Positions 37,901-51,187 of a stretch of DNA of 64,000 nt are shown here, piece by piece; position 1 is the first letter of the stretch; each line of letters begins with the position of its first letter. The position numbers and the translations under genes were made by a program. Below the pieces are notes generated by a model, which was not told the origin of the DNA, searched no databases, and saw only the letters and a program-made list of their open reading frames with translations. Source of the stretch: Antedon mediterranea (taxonomy: Eukaryota; Animalia; Echinodermata); assembly GCF_964355755.1 (NCBI RefSeq), contig NC_092679.1:13003432-13067431 (forward strand). The letters are read 5' to 3'.

Positions 37901-40900
37901 CTTGACAAACGGAAAAATAAACCAAAGAGATTGCATAACCTCTTTGGTGGAGGTATTAAAGTTAGGTTTATTAAATTCAAATAATTCAATTATATCAAGA
38001 ATGGATTCAAATTCAACTCTACAACACTATGAGAGTTTTGTTTATAGAGTAAGCATGGCTTCTCCAGCAACTCGAAATCCAACTTTTATAAAATTAGAGA
38101 TGCAGGCGAAGGGGTGTCAAAAAGGTAAGAGTGGGAAGGGGGATGGGTTAAAATGGCTTAAAACAGCTTTTGATGACTCTATCCTGCATAATTACAATTA
38201 TAGCCAGGGCTGTTTAATTCTTATGAATCTATTTTTCCCTAGAAACTTCTTTGAAGTAATCAACAATAAAAAAAAAAAGATTTACCGTGGAAAGATGTAT
38301 GTCATTTTATCGTGGTCATAAGTTGCTATTTTAATCCAAGGTGCTTTGACCTGTTAAAAATGGTGAATATATTAAAATCTAAAATTTATGTTCTTTCTAT
38401 CACTAAAATCCTAAAACAAAGTAACTATTTTACTTTTAAATGTTAAGAAAGTTTGACTCTATTTTAGGCTATGTTCACACGGATTGAATTACTTGGCGTA
38501 TAAAACAGTTAGCAGTATCATAAAATTAAAAAAACTGCAAAGAAAAACGTAGGTGTTTAGGCAACACCCAATGGAACAACATCTTTGTATACTTGACCGT
38601 TTCTACTAACCTGTAACTAATGACACTGATGGAGTTACAGTGTGAAAAGGGCCTTAGTATTAGACAACTATAAACTCCTACAGTAATGCGCCAACATTCA
38701 GTATTTATTACAATATGACTCAAAATTTATACAGCAACATTTTTCATTGCTGGCTGTTATTATTAATTAAAGAAAAATAGTTTTTAGATTAGTAAAAGTA
38801 TCGGCATGATCTGCAAACTTCTTCTTCTTGAAGACCAATTGTTTAATTAAGTTTTCGAGTTCTTGATAGTTATGTTCCCCAATTTGCTAGTAAGGTTTTA
38901 TTTTACAAAAACCAAAGGTTTGCTAGTGGATAAAAATGTAAATTTATAGCTGCCTTCATAGTTTAATAACTTACCCTAAATATCTGACCACGGACCGGTT
39001 TAATGCTATCATCATGAGCCAACTGCCTGGCACCTAAACCACTACAATTTACTATCACATCATAGTCGGCAGCAATCTATTAGGCATACAAAGAATTAAT
39101 TATAGAATTAAGGAAATACAATTACATAAGTTTAAAAAATAAAAAAATACTTTTAAATGAGTTGACATGCCTACAGAATTAAGGGTGCATACTGCAAATT
39201 AAAAAAAAATAAAATTGCTCTTTTTTTAAAGGAGCTTTTTTACCTCATCAAATGAGTTGACATGCCTGTGCAAAACATTCCCTCCTTTTAATTTGAATCT
39301 AAAAAAAAGATTTTAATGTTTTCATGCTTTTCTCACACTTTATTTAACTTTGTTTTACGAGGTCAGCTCTAATCTAACCCAACAGCTACACACTGTAAAG
39401 CAGTACAAATGAATATTTCAACATAATTAATCATATATTTTATAAAGTAATCATATATCTGTATCTTTATTCATACAAAAACACGATAGAAAATAAAGCA
39501 GAAGCAGCAGAGTGGTGTTTTATTTTTATGGAAGAACGTATGTACAGCGATGTTCTATTATTATAGGAAAGAGTCTTTAGGTGTTATGTTGGCAAGTATA
39601 CAGTTTTAGAAAGACTTGACATACAGATACGATTTCGCCCCCTTTTAAGGGAATTATTCTGTTTTACAGAAAGTCCACTGAACTACAGTACAAGGGAGTA
39701 GAATAATTCCAAGGTGGAAGCCAATATAGCTAAGGTACAATCAATAACTTTGTTTTTCATTTCTTTTCGTTTCACTTTATTCCAAACTTCATTTGCATAG
39801 AAAACATTACATTACAATTTCTGTTTGTAATTTAATTCACAAACTAAACATCTGAGTTGACTTAACTAAAAATGCTCATACCATATTTTATGAAGCTTAC
39901 AGTAGATTCAACAACAAAATACTATTGTTTGCCGAATGTACTAAAATGGGCTTACACAATAACTTAATTCTTTTATTGAAACTATATACCGAATTTCTCA
40001 TAATCCTTGAAATTACAAAGATTATTTCTTTATTTAAACCCAATTCATTGTGGATCAATCAGAGGAATGCCTTTATGGACATCACATTTTAAAGCTTTGC
40101 TTATAGTGATGCCCGATTCAATCAATCAATATATAACTTTTGCTTATAACCATGTTCATTTGTAGGCTGTTGCCAATATACAGTAATCTTCCTAAACACT
40201 ACCTGCTATTTTTGATACTTACAATATTATATGTATTCATCTTTTCCATTGATTGTAAACCTCTAATGAAACTTTGTATTTATTCAGTATTTTATTATTC
40301 AACTTCTTTTTCCAATAAAAGTCAATATAAACAATTAATTTTTATTATTATATTACTGTAAATAATTGTTTTTTGTTGTAAAAATCACTATAAATACACG
40401 TTATTATGGTTACCATTATAATACTAAAAAAAATGTACGATTGATTGAATAAAGTTCACATATATACTGTCAACATGTACATACCTTTTCATAAGCCACG
40501 GCAAGTATATTTTACATTCAGTGAGATAGGTCAAAGAACTCGTACCATACCTGTACAGGAAAATTATCAATTTAATGTATATACAGGAAACATTTACACA
40601 AATAGCTACATAGGGTACAGTTACATAGTATGTTCAGATTCATTGAAATGCTTTTGTAAGAACAGGTCACATTATAATTATTATATAAGTGTTATAAGAC
40701 TTGACACAAGTGTCATAGGTTGGGATTGAATTCAAGAGTAAATAAAATTGAATAGTTGGAGAAACAAAAAAAAAAAATGGTTGCATGGACTCGTTAATAT
40801 AACCCATGCTTGCCAATAACCAGTTTTCAAAATCCTCTTTGTTGACTCAGCTTGTCAAAACTAATTTAACAGAGCTTGCCAAAATTAAGTAATAACAATA

Positions 40901-42790
40901 TTTGTACTGGTATTAGCATGCAACATGTAAAAGCATTAGTTAAGCAAATCCAAAGGCAATAGTGATAAATTGAGAAAGCTGTGGTGGCCAATGGAGATAC
41001 AAATAAAATAAGCCAAAAAACAAATTTGCAGTGCTTTCGAGCAACACTAGCCCTTCATCATTTCAAGTCTACATTTTTTAAAGCATAGTTAAGCAATATA
41101 TGACTAACATCCCATGCTCAAATATAATCCCATATTCTAATACAATACCACCTCATAATTTTAAGCAAATTTTTAGAGAAAGCCTTTGATAAATACAATA
41201 TGATAATCTCACGCCCACAAATATTCTAGATTTTATTTGAATTTGGCTTAATCCCGCCATGACGATGAATTCGCATCAAAGTATTATTTAACTAAAATGT
41301 TTATAAACTGATCTCTGTTGCTTACTTTTGTTGGGTTTGTATATTTGTTAAAATTTGTTTATATTATTATTTATTATTATCATTTGCTATTAAGTTTATA
41401 AACCCTTCTTACTTATTAGTGAATGGAGTCGACACTCTGAAATTGTATAAATTGTCAATAAAAATACTACATCCTTTCACATTCATCAACATATGCATTA
41501 GCAGTTAACAATAGAATGCCAAGAGATTCGCTTGTTGGAGATAGAGAGAGACGGTGGGAATATTAAAAGCAACAAGATCATGCTTAATAATATCTTTAAA
41601 ACAGAGTTTTTGACGTACGCTTGCACGAGATGAGTCAGTGAATCCACTATAGAAAATATTTGTTGGTAGCCGTTATTCCTCCTGACGAATTACATGATTC
41701 TACTCTATATGAAACACATACCTAAATACTGATGCATGCAAGAACCATACTGTACCTATATCCACTCCCAGGATATAATGCTTCAAGTTCTTTATAAGAA
41801 AGTTTTCTACGGTCGATATCAGATGCATTAATACACTAAAACAATGCAGGAGAATAGTATTTGAATAATGAAAAGTTTACTATAATAATACAGTAGGAAG
41901 GTGTCTTGTAAAAAAATGGGCCTTAAAGACACTTTTCCCTAATAGTAACCTACGAACATCTACTGCAGGCCTAGCTATAGGCTCAAATTAAAGACCATCC
42001 AGAATAGAAATTTTACGCAAGCTACTTAACCATGGAACCGTTTAAGACAGTGTTTAATGTTTTTAAATTAATAAAAAATATATTCAAAAATCAAATCAAA
42101 TTGCAGGGAAAGTGTTTACATTTTGTATTTGTAGATATACTGTATAATGTTATCTCTATTCAAGACAAAAACATTCATTATTAACTAAGTGCATTCAAAT
42201 ATCATTTACAAACAATTGGTTGTTATAATTCGCACATATTAAATAATTTCTACTTGTAACTTACATTAGTTTCTTTATCATAAATATCAACCGTAAAAAA
42301 TTGTTGAACACCAGTTAGATGACCATTCTCTTTGTACAATTTCTGCCCATACATGTAGGTTGAAAATCCCCATTTACTGAAACAAAATCAATCTATTTTT
42401 TATGAAAACAAAAACTGGAACTTCAATTCAATCTCACTTTATAATTATTATTATAAAAGGCAGAGCTGCAACTCCGCCTGCACTTGCGTGTTGTACTGAA
42501 GAAGTTGGGGGGTTGTGGCTCCAGGATTTTCATACAACCAACACAAAACGATCTCAAAAGAGCTCAGAAACATCTAAATAATAACAAAATACATACTATA
42601 AAAGTGAATCAGGTTGATAATTCCAAAATACGTTTACTCCTGCAGCACCATCACTTGTTGTGAACGGAGTAAACAGGTCTGCAACAACCGTTACTTGTAG
42701 GCTAGGCGCAACATCCAGCAGACGTACAGCTGTTGACAGCCCGATAACGCCTGCACCAACTACACAAACTCGTTTGCCAATCTTGCTCAT
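34921..42790 (-). CDS. D-amino acid oxidase / D-aspartate oxidase (DAO/DDO family), peroxisomal FAD enzyme, 10 coding exons, 336 aa
   Basis: Exons (minus) 42790-42597, 42376-42265, 41835-41756, 40550-40485, 39298-39244, 39076-38975, 38350-38286, 37556-37439, 36666-36568, 35040-34921. All GT-AG and in phase, total 1011 nt. Motifs [72 protein letters not shown]-terminal SRL (PTS1). Exon layout matches vertebrate DAO as I recall it. DAO versus DDO orthology not resolved. Confidence 0.95.
35430..36307 (+). mobile_element. RTE-X-like non-LTR retrotransposon 3' fragment in the last DAO intron
   Basis: [20 protein letters not shown]...[16 protein letters not shown]; YLGHVI; AATAAA plus (GAAT)n tail ~36285-36307. 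Confidence 0.8.
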
Positions 42791-43071
42791 TTTGTTGCTG
42801 ATGTTAATCCGTCTGTTTGAATCATAATAGAAAAAAAACCTATTCAACATAAAATGTGTATTGCTGCACTGTTGAATCTTTTTGTAGACAATTCTATGTC
42901 TAATATTAACTGGCCCATTGTTGTTTAGGTTGGCTAGGTCTGATCCCATGAAATTGTGGAATTATGTAAAGACTGCTATTAACCAGTTTTTTTTGCATCA
43001 GAAACAGGACCTTATTGCCATAAATGGCTTTTTAAAAAGAAAATTAGATCATTAGGTCAAGGTCATTATGT

Positions 43072-45815
43072 CAATGGCAGCAACTTTATCCTGTAAGTTG
43101 CCCGAGACAGTAGCCCAAAGTGACCACTAAAAAATGGTGTTATTCATGTCAAGAGCCACATGGCTAATTCCTTTTGCATTGTCACACATTGGGATGCACA
43201 AAAATACCATTGACAGCAACTTTATCCTGTAAGTTGCCCCAGACAGTAGCCCAAAAATGCCCGTTGGCGTTGGGCCATACAAGATTTAATTATGCGAAGA
43301 GCCAAAGAGCTAATTTCTTTTGCATTGTAACTGTTACACATTGGGATGCACAAAAATACCATTGACAGCAACTTTATCCTTTAAGTTGTCCCAGACAGTA
43401 TCCCAAAATAGCCTGTTGGGCCATACACGATTTAATCATGCGAAGAGCCACACGGCTAATTCCTTTTACATTGTAACTATTACCAGTTGGGATATACGAA
43501 AATACCGTTGTCAGTAACTTTATCCTGTAAGCCCCAGATAGTAGGACAACAATTTCCGATTCCGACGAAAATACCATTGAGATATAAAAAATACATGTGA
43601 GCCAGCAGCAATGTTTTCCCCAGACATTAACCCAAACATTTACTATAACACTAAGATTTAGGCGCGCGTGAAGAGACGACTAATTCCACTTTACATACTA
43701 TACACTTTAATACGAAAATACTCATGACAGCAACTTTAATCTCTAAGTTGGCCCAGACAGATTTCATCATGTGAAGAGCTAACATGGCTAATTCTTTTTT
43801 TTATTTGAACTGTACACATACCTGGTAACATTCATGACAGCTACAACTTTATCCTGTTAGCTTCTGAATTTTTTATGATATCATAACTCAAAAGCACTGA
43901 TCTAGAGTTTAGTCAGTGTCCAGGTTTCCTAACAATAACATGCAATTCGAAAGAATAGTGCAATACTAAACGGACTTGCTTTAGTACAGTATTCCTCTAT
44001 CACTATATCTATAAAGATAGAAGGGCCATCGCTACCACTAAACACTGACAGGAGAATAAGAGCTGGGAAACGTTATATTTGATGTGATGCTGATAACTTA
44101 AATGAAGCAAAGCGAATAATGTGGCCTGTAGTCGGATTTTGGTTCTGATACAGCATAGATACCTCCATGGATACAGTATGTAAGCAATCCATGGAATGAT
44201 GATGGGACAAAGAAGAAGAAGACGATCAAATTTTTTTAGTAATTCGACACATTAAATCATTTAGGCATCTATGTTTTTAAATGGACGGCCATTTTTAACG
44301 TTAATCTGTGACACAATGTATCCCAAGGGTCAGATCTAATGCCGTATGTTTTCACATAATTACCATATCTACTGTATATATATAATGTAATTATTAAAAT
44401 TTCATATAGGTCGATGTGTAACAGTTAAGAAAAAGAATTAGAATTATTAAATCTTGTTTGATTGATATGTTTTTTGTTTTTTTTTATATATATATTTCAA
44501 ATTCAATACTACCTACCTTGTTTAAGTAGTACCTTATTAATTTTGTAATTGCTTATGAAAGATGAAAGAAAAAAATAAATGTTTACGTTGAATTGAATTG
44601 AATTGTAGAGGACCGGAATCGGAAATTTGAGGCATTGATGTCAATGGTATTTTCGTATCTCAAAGTCATGGGTAATAATAGTACAATGGAAAAAGAACTA
44701 GCCGTGTGACTCTTCGAGTTATTAAATCTCGTAGGGGGCGAATCGGAAATTGTTGGGATACTGTCTGGGGCAACTTAGATGGTAAAGTTGCTGTCAATGG
44801 TATGTACAATATTTAATAGTATACCAAAAGAAGCGAGTGCTTGTCAGTTTGGTAACCATTTAAATGCATTTAAATGTACGGTAGATACATGCCAGACAAC
44901 ATTCAACAAAAATTATGTAAACTAGAGGGGGAGCGAGCGAAGATGGTTTTCGGAATGATAATGACTCGGGTAAAAAGGTTTTAGAAGGACATTCTGGCTT
45001 GGACGTTTTCGGTCGGTTACCATTAAGCGCGACCACCAATAAAAGTGACCACCACGGTGAGGTATAAAAAGGACAACAAACAGGATGAACCCTGTTTGTC
45101 CTCCGGAAGCACTATACCGATCATGAGCGATTTGCCGTGTGGCTCTTCGTGTGATTAACTTAAAAGACACAACAGGCATTTTTGTGGGCTACTATACCCT
45201 GAGGCAACTTACAGGATAAAGTTACTGACAACGGTATTTTCGTATCCCAAAGTATAATAGTTACAATGTAAACGGAATTAGCCGTGTGGCTTTTTCGCAT
45301 GAGTAAATCTTGTATGGCCCAACGGACATTTTTGGGCTACTGTTTGGGGCAACTTACAGGATAAAGTTGCTGTCAATGGTATTTTTGTGCATCCCAATGT
45401 GTAAACAGTTAGAATGCAAAAGGAATTAGCCGTGTGGCTCTTCGCATGATTAAAATCGTGTATGGCCCAACGGGCATTTTTGGGCTACTGTCCGGGGCAA
45501 CTTACAGGATAAAGTTGCTGTCAATGGTATTTTTGTGCATCCCAATGTGTGACAGTTACAATGCAAAAGGAATTAGCCGTGTGGCTCTTCGCATGATTAA
45601 ATCTTGTATGGCCGAACGGGCATTTTTGGGCTACTGTCTGGGGCAACTTACAGGATAAAGTTGCTGTCAATGATATTTTTGTGCATCCCAATGTGTGACA
45701 GTTACAATGCAAAAGGAATTAGCCGTGTGGCTCTTGACATTAATAACACCATTTTGAGTGGTCACTTTTTGGGCTACTGTCTCGGGCAACTTACAGGATA
45801 AAGTTGCTGTCATTG
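43072..45815. mobile_element. Foldback-type element whose long inverted arms are built of ~146-bp tandem repeats
   Basis: Left arm ~43072-43860 (tgacagcaactttatcctgtaagttgcccc...) and right arm ~44610-45815 in reverse complement. The outermost units share a private variant (gtgaccact...tggtgttatt.atgtcaagagcc). Degenerate units continue to ~46030. Confidence 0.85.
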
Positions 45816-46329
45816 CTGTTTTAACACTGTATAAACATATTGGGACGATGTCCAACAACTTTTATCCGTGTGGCTTTTCACACGATTAAATCGATTTTTT
45901 ACCCCCCTTATTTGGTGTCCCTAGGGAAAATTTACAGGATAGGACCCGGCAGCAATATTGATTATTGAATCTTAGCCATATATCTACGAAATCAGCCCAT
46001 CAAACCTTTTGTGGCTTTTCACATGAATAAATTCTCTGGGCGCCGGGTCTATTACTTTGTTAAACAGAATGCCATACTGGGGTTGCTTATTTTGTAGGTT
46101 TATTTCATAGAAACAGATATTGCAATTTAAAATGTTAAGCTGAAGTTTATTATCAATTAATCAAATAGAAAGTCATCAACATCGTCTTGAGTTGACTAAT
46201 ATGGTTGTACAATGGCTTAAATATCGTAAATTCGTTGTGTGAGATTTTTTTACATACAGAAACAACACTTGCACTACAGGAGATTTTTGTAATCCGGGAG
46301 AAAAATCGGAGCACGATGTTAGGCCGGGA

Positions 46330-46900
46330 GACAAGTTTACCTAAATATATTGTTCAATCAGATGTTTTATTAATAATGTACTGTACAACTCGTTAATTTT
46401 ACCTCACCTAATATAACTATTTGGGGAGTTGCGGGGGCAACGAAGCTACAGAGAATACATATTCTTAAAAAACGAGCGATCAGAATTATATGTAAAGTGC
46501 ATTATCAGCATCCATTTGCAAATTTTAAAAACCTATTGAATATTTTTGACTTGTATGAGAAGTACACTCTGTATTTATGTTTCAATTCCGAATGGGCAAT
46601 TTACCTGTTTCATTTAACTCTTTTTTTTTTACAAAAATGGAATCTGTACACGAGTATGGTACGCGGAAGAATAGTGATTTCCGTATTCCTCTAAAAACAA
46701 CAAATATAGGACAAAGAAGTATTGCCTATAGAGGGGCAAATATTTGGAACCGTTTACCTGAAAACATAAAGTGTAAAACTAAAATCGGAAAATTTAAAAA
46801 GAAAATACAACAACTATTAATAAATAAATACTCACTCATGTAGAGTTCATTTTTGTTACTTTTACTTTTATTGTTTTATTTGCTAATTAGATGTCGGTAT
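46330..46900 (+). mobile_element. L2/CR1-group LINE 3' fragment
   Basis: LKKRAIRIIC; HEYGTR...TNIGQRSIAYRGANIWNRLP..IK...FKKK. Confidence 0.75.
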
Positions 46901-49900
46901 TTATAGGGTAATGCGTTTAAGAGCTTCGGCTCATTGCATACCTGTTTTGTATCAAATACGTTTTCCGTTCATTATGATTTAGATTAAACTTATAGAAATA
47001 TTCTTTTAAAAGAAATACTGTATATATATTCTGTTGATACAAATAAATGTTACGTATACAGTAGTACCGCGAATGATGAAGTTCAAAATACAGGAGTCTC
47101 TTGGCTAAAATGAGTGTTGGCATGTATGGGCTAATAAACTCAGCTGTGTTCTCTTCCCAGAAATTTTTATATTAGTAGAGTAAATCCATTTCTGAAATTT
47201 GGTAGCATAAACATGAGGGGGGTAGGGGGGTGGGGGATGTCTCAAAAGAAAAGGGCACTTCTGAGACTGAGTATTTGAGCCACAGGCACATGTACTGTAT
47301 ATGTATAGATTTTAGATGACAATGAATAATAATAGTCATAAAATACAGACCATAAAATGCAATTGATAATTGATAGGTCTCTTTCCTTTTATCCATTTGA
47401 CAATTGTTCACAGCTCAAAAGGTTTCTTTTTAAATGGCACACTACCCAAACAAAAAAACTCTGTTTTCGCCAGACTAGAAAGTGTCTTAACTTATTGTGT
47501 TAATGAACTCATTTTGATTAGTCAATTCACTTTACAACAATAGTTATGAATTTCATATCATACAATTATTAATAATTAATTATTAATTATTTTGCTACCA
47601 TCATACCACCTTATTAAAACATATATTTTTTTATTTGTAAACATTTAGCCGGTATGTTTTTTTAAATTATAAATAACAAAATACTGTTTTTACTCTATTA
47701 AAACCCAATAAATGTTTTAGGTCCATACCTGTATCCTCATATTTATAAACAAATCAGCTTTTATTTATTTTAATATCAAAAAATGTATACCCTCCAAAAG
47801 TCCAAAAACATTTACATATTATTTGATCAATTGATGATTTTTATGTCCGTCACAGGATATTTTTAGGTGTATAATTATTGTTGAGGCAAATCATGTATAG
47901 ACTGTTATTTATAAAGTTTTTTAAAATAGTTTTTAGTTTAAAATGATCATATGCGGTTGATTAAAATGCGAGTTACTGAAACCATATTGGAGCTGCGCCT
48001 TCTATGAAAGCAGCTGTTCTCCACAGCTATGTCTGAAATGTACTATAGGCCTATCCTGTACATGTTTTTGTGAAACGATGTATATAATTTGAGTATCTGC
48101 CGTTCATAATTCTATATTCCATCCATTACATTCATACAGTACCATAGGCCTAGGCCCGATAGATTGATTTATAAATAACAGCATATTTATGTTACTACCA
48201 CTTATTTATTTTATCCTAAAACCATGCTTACGTAATTACAGTATTTGTGGTTACAAAATATGTAATACAGTAGGCGCGTCTACTGGTTTAACTATACATA
48301 TTATTTAACGTTTTCAAAAAATTGCATAATACTGTACAGTATATAGACAATTTTTAAAACGATTTTCAAAAAGCACACACTACAATTCATTTAAACCTGT
48401 AAGATAAAATGAAAACACAAATTATTTATAGTCGCGAAAAGCTGCTGTCGGGTTACGTTTGTGTCGTCAGGATGGATACTCCAGATATAATATCTGTAGC
48501 GTTGTATCCAATGGATTGGTGTTGAAAAAGAAATATGAAAACAAGAACCTTTGTTGTAGTTTATTGCACAAATAACTAATGTAGTAAAACAAAACTGTAA
48601 TCCTAATGCATAAATAAACCTGCACGAGTATTCGAACACTACATATAGGCCTAGGCCTACATAATCTTGGCGCCGCCAGTGTACTTACGGCTACTGCCAA
48701 TAACAGTACGTACAATTCTTTTGCCGCTAATGTAGTTTTGTACACCTCCTTAAAATTACTAAAAATTGTTTCAATACTTCGTCTAACCTACTCACAGGTT
48801 GTCTAAAACATCCTGTAAGTGAAATGTAGCATACAATTGTAAAAAAATTTGATATGTTGTTTTATTTATAACTACAGTATTTTTAATCATTAATTATTTT
48901 TAAGCACCCTTCAGAAAACTGAAGGGTGCGTGAAAATCATCGCTACGGGAAGAAGAATGACGGCCGGCCATAACATGTGTACACTGTGGGCTTGTTCACC
49001 TAGTTGTGTTGTGTGTGTTATTGTAATATTTTTATCAAAAAAATTAAACTGCTTTAAAAACGAAATAAAAAATATTTACATGGGACTACATGTACAGTAA
49101 TACACATAACATGATATTTATTAGGCGTCATCCGTTCACCCACCTTTTTTTCCCTTAGACTAAAGGGTTCACTCTAGTGGGTTTACCCAAATGGTTCTCG
49201 GGAACATGGCCAACGCCTCTGAAAACTTACTGTAGGCCTGGGTTTGACCTAAGTCTATATGCATGCGTGTTAGGTTTGAAGCTGTACTAAAAATTAGTCT
49301 GGTAAGATGTGAAATGTATGCCAATTATGATTGATTATGTAAAGACACACACAATGGAAGAATAAAGACTGTGTTTTTGACAGGAAGGTGTGTAACGACT
49401 TCGATAATTAAAGGTGAGCATCAAACTGGTAAATGAATTTCATAAACAGAGATTTTATTGAAATAAAGATTTTGCTTTTTAAATTAATACATAGTATCAT
49501 ATTACCGTCGTTTAATCGATCATGCTTTATTTGTGTTTTGCTTTTGGGGTGTGCACTAGCCACTATACTGATTTTAAAAGTAAAATAAAATTATCCTTAA
49601 ATGTCTAATATTGTCATATTAAACTATCAACATTTTTCAGGGGCTTCGCCCTCATAATCTTTGTTGGCCCCGACCAATGACTGTTTGTAAAAAATCCTGG
49701 CGCCACCACTGACTATTGGGTGTCTAGAAAACTCAGATCTCAGATATATCTGACTTTTCTATATCTGGAAAACTCAGATAGCTGACTTTTCTAGATCTAG
49801 AAAACTCAGATATCAAGATCTGAGTTTCTACACAGGCGCGGATTTAAGGGGGGGGGGGCCACGGCCCCCCGTCATCAACACGAAAAAAAAAAATTGTAAA

Positions 49901-51187
49901 TGAAAAAGTAAAAAAAAAAGTTTTTAGATTAGAAACTGGGTAACTTCTTTTGTCAGTCTGTTTTATTGCCGAAACACGATAGCTCAACAGACACGTTTAA
50001 TATTTGTCTAGACAAAACAAAGCACACAACAGCGCGCGTTCGTGTGCGAACTATTGGTTAATATGCATGTACGTAACAAGTTTGATTTGCTTGCTGCCTC
50101 CACCGTCGTGACACACACTATCCATCATGTCCAAAAAACAGAAGGTGCAACATCTACCCTACTATTACTGTATAATAATAATAACACTGTATTTGGGCTA
50201 TACTGCGATATTTTTGCTATAAAATAAGAGACCCACGGATAACTGATATGAATAGTCTAGAGTAGTAGAGTACTCTCTATCTGGTACTAGGCCGGCCTAG
50301 TAGTACTAGTAGAGGAATAGGCGCGTGCGCAATGAGCGGGGGAGGGGTTTGAGGCCGGGAACAAAGGTGAACGATCCCAACTTATTTTCATTGCGGTCCA
50401 AGCGTCGATATCTAGACTGTATCAAGTTACAAGGGCTTTATACGAATTAATTAAAGTTACAATTCTTCTATATTTAGAAGTTGGCCCAGCTCACGCCGCC
50501 GCGGGCGTCGATATCTGAATGCTACATCCAGGGACTAAAAATACGCCTTTTTTCACGAAACATGACAAACAATGCCGTGCAACAAAGCGTAACCAACAGA
50601 AATAACATAGCGTTTTCAGCCTATGCTTATACACTGTGGTGTTTTTTTCGATGGATTTTAAGCAGTGAAAAAAATTTTCAAATTTTTTTTCAATCACACA
50701 TACTCTAGTAGCTAGATCAACTTTTGTATGCACGAATGAATGTAAATATGTATATTTCGAACAATTTGATACCAAATTTAAGTTTCTACGACCTGTACTT
50801 ACAGAGATATGAAGATGCCCTGGTATGTGGGTCAAAGGTCAGAAATGGCATTTCTGAGCATTTTTGACTAAAATGCCCCATTAGATGGAATATAAATGCA
50901 TGCCTGCTGAACATTTTGAGACCAAAATTGACTTGCTGCAACCAGTGGTTGCCGAGATACAAGTACTTTTTTTTATTTGTTCAAATAACCCTTGACCTTG
51001 ACCCTTTGACCTTTTGTAACATTTTTCAAAATGTGTAACAAATAACAAAACATATATTTCGAACAATTTAAAACCAAATTCAAGTGTCTACGACCAGTAG
51101 TTACGGAGATACATACATGCCCTGGGTTGTGGGTCAAAGGTCATAAATGGCATTTCCGGTCATTTTTTAATAAAATGTCCCATTAGA

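Noticed and set aside
37878-38321. 147-aa plus-strand ORF
   Set aside because: Antisense within a DAO intron/exon, with no recognisable motif; likely a chance ORF
39155-39172. Intronic copy of an 18-nt piece of DAO exon 5 (aaatgagttgacatgcct)
   Set aside because: Small local duplication without splice sites; no evidence of an alternative exon
42430-42520. Candidate DAO exon (SWSHN...AGGVAALP), and another at ~41580-41646 (GFTDSS...)
   Set aside because: Poor splice sites and phases; better in-phase exons were found at 42376-42265 and 40550-40485
42791-42949. N-terminal extension of DAO suggested by ORF 42596..42949
   Set aside because: A splice acceptor lies at 42813-42814 and homology starts at MSKIGKRV (ATG 42790)
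43174-45858. Repeated 63-74 aa ORFs (MHCNCHTLGCTK...)
   Set aside because: Translations of the 146-bp minisatellite; the unit length is not a multiple of three and there is no coding signature
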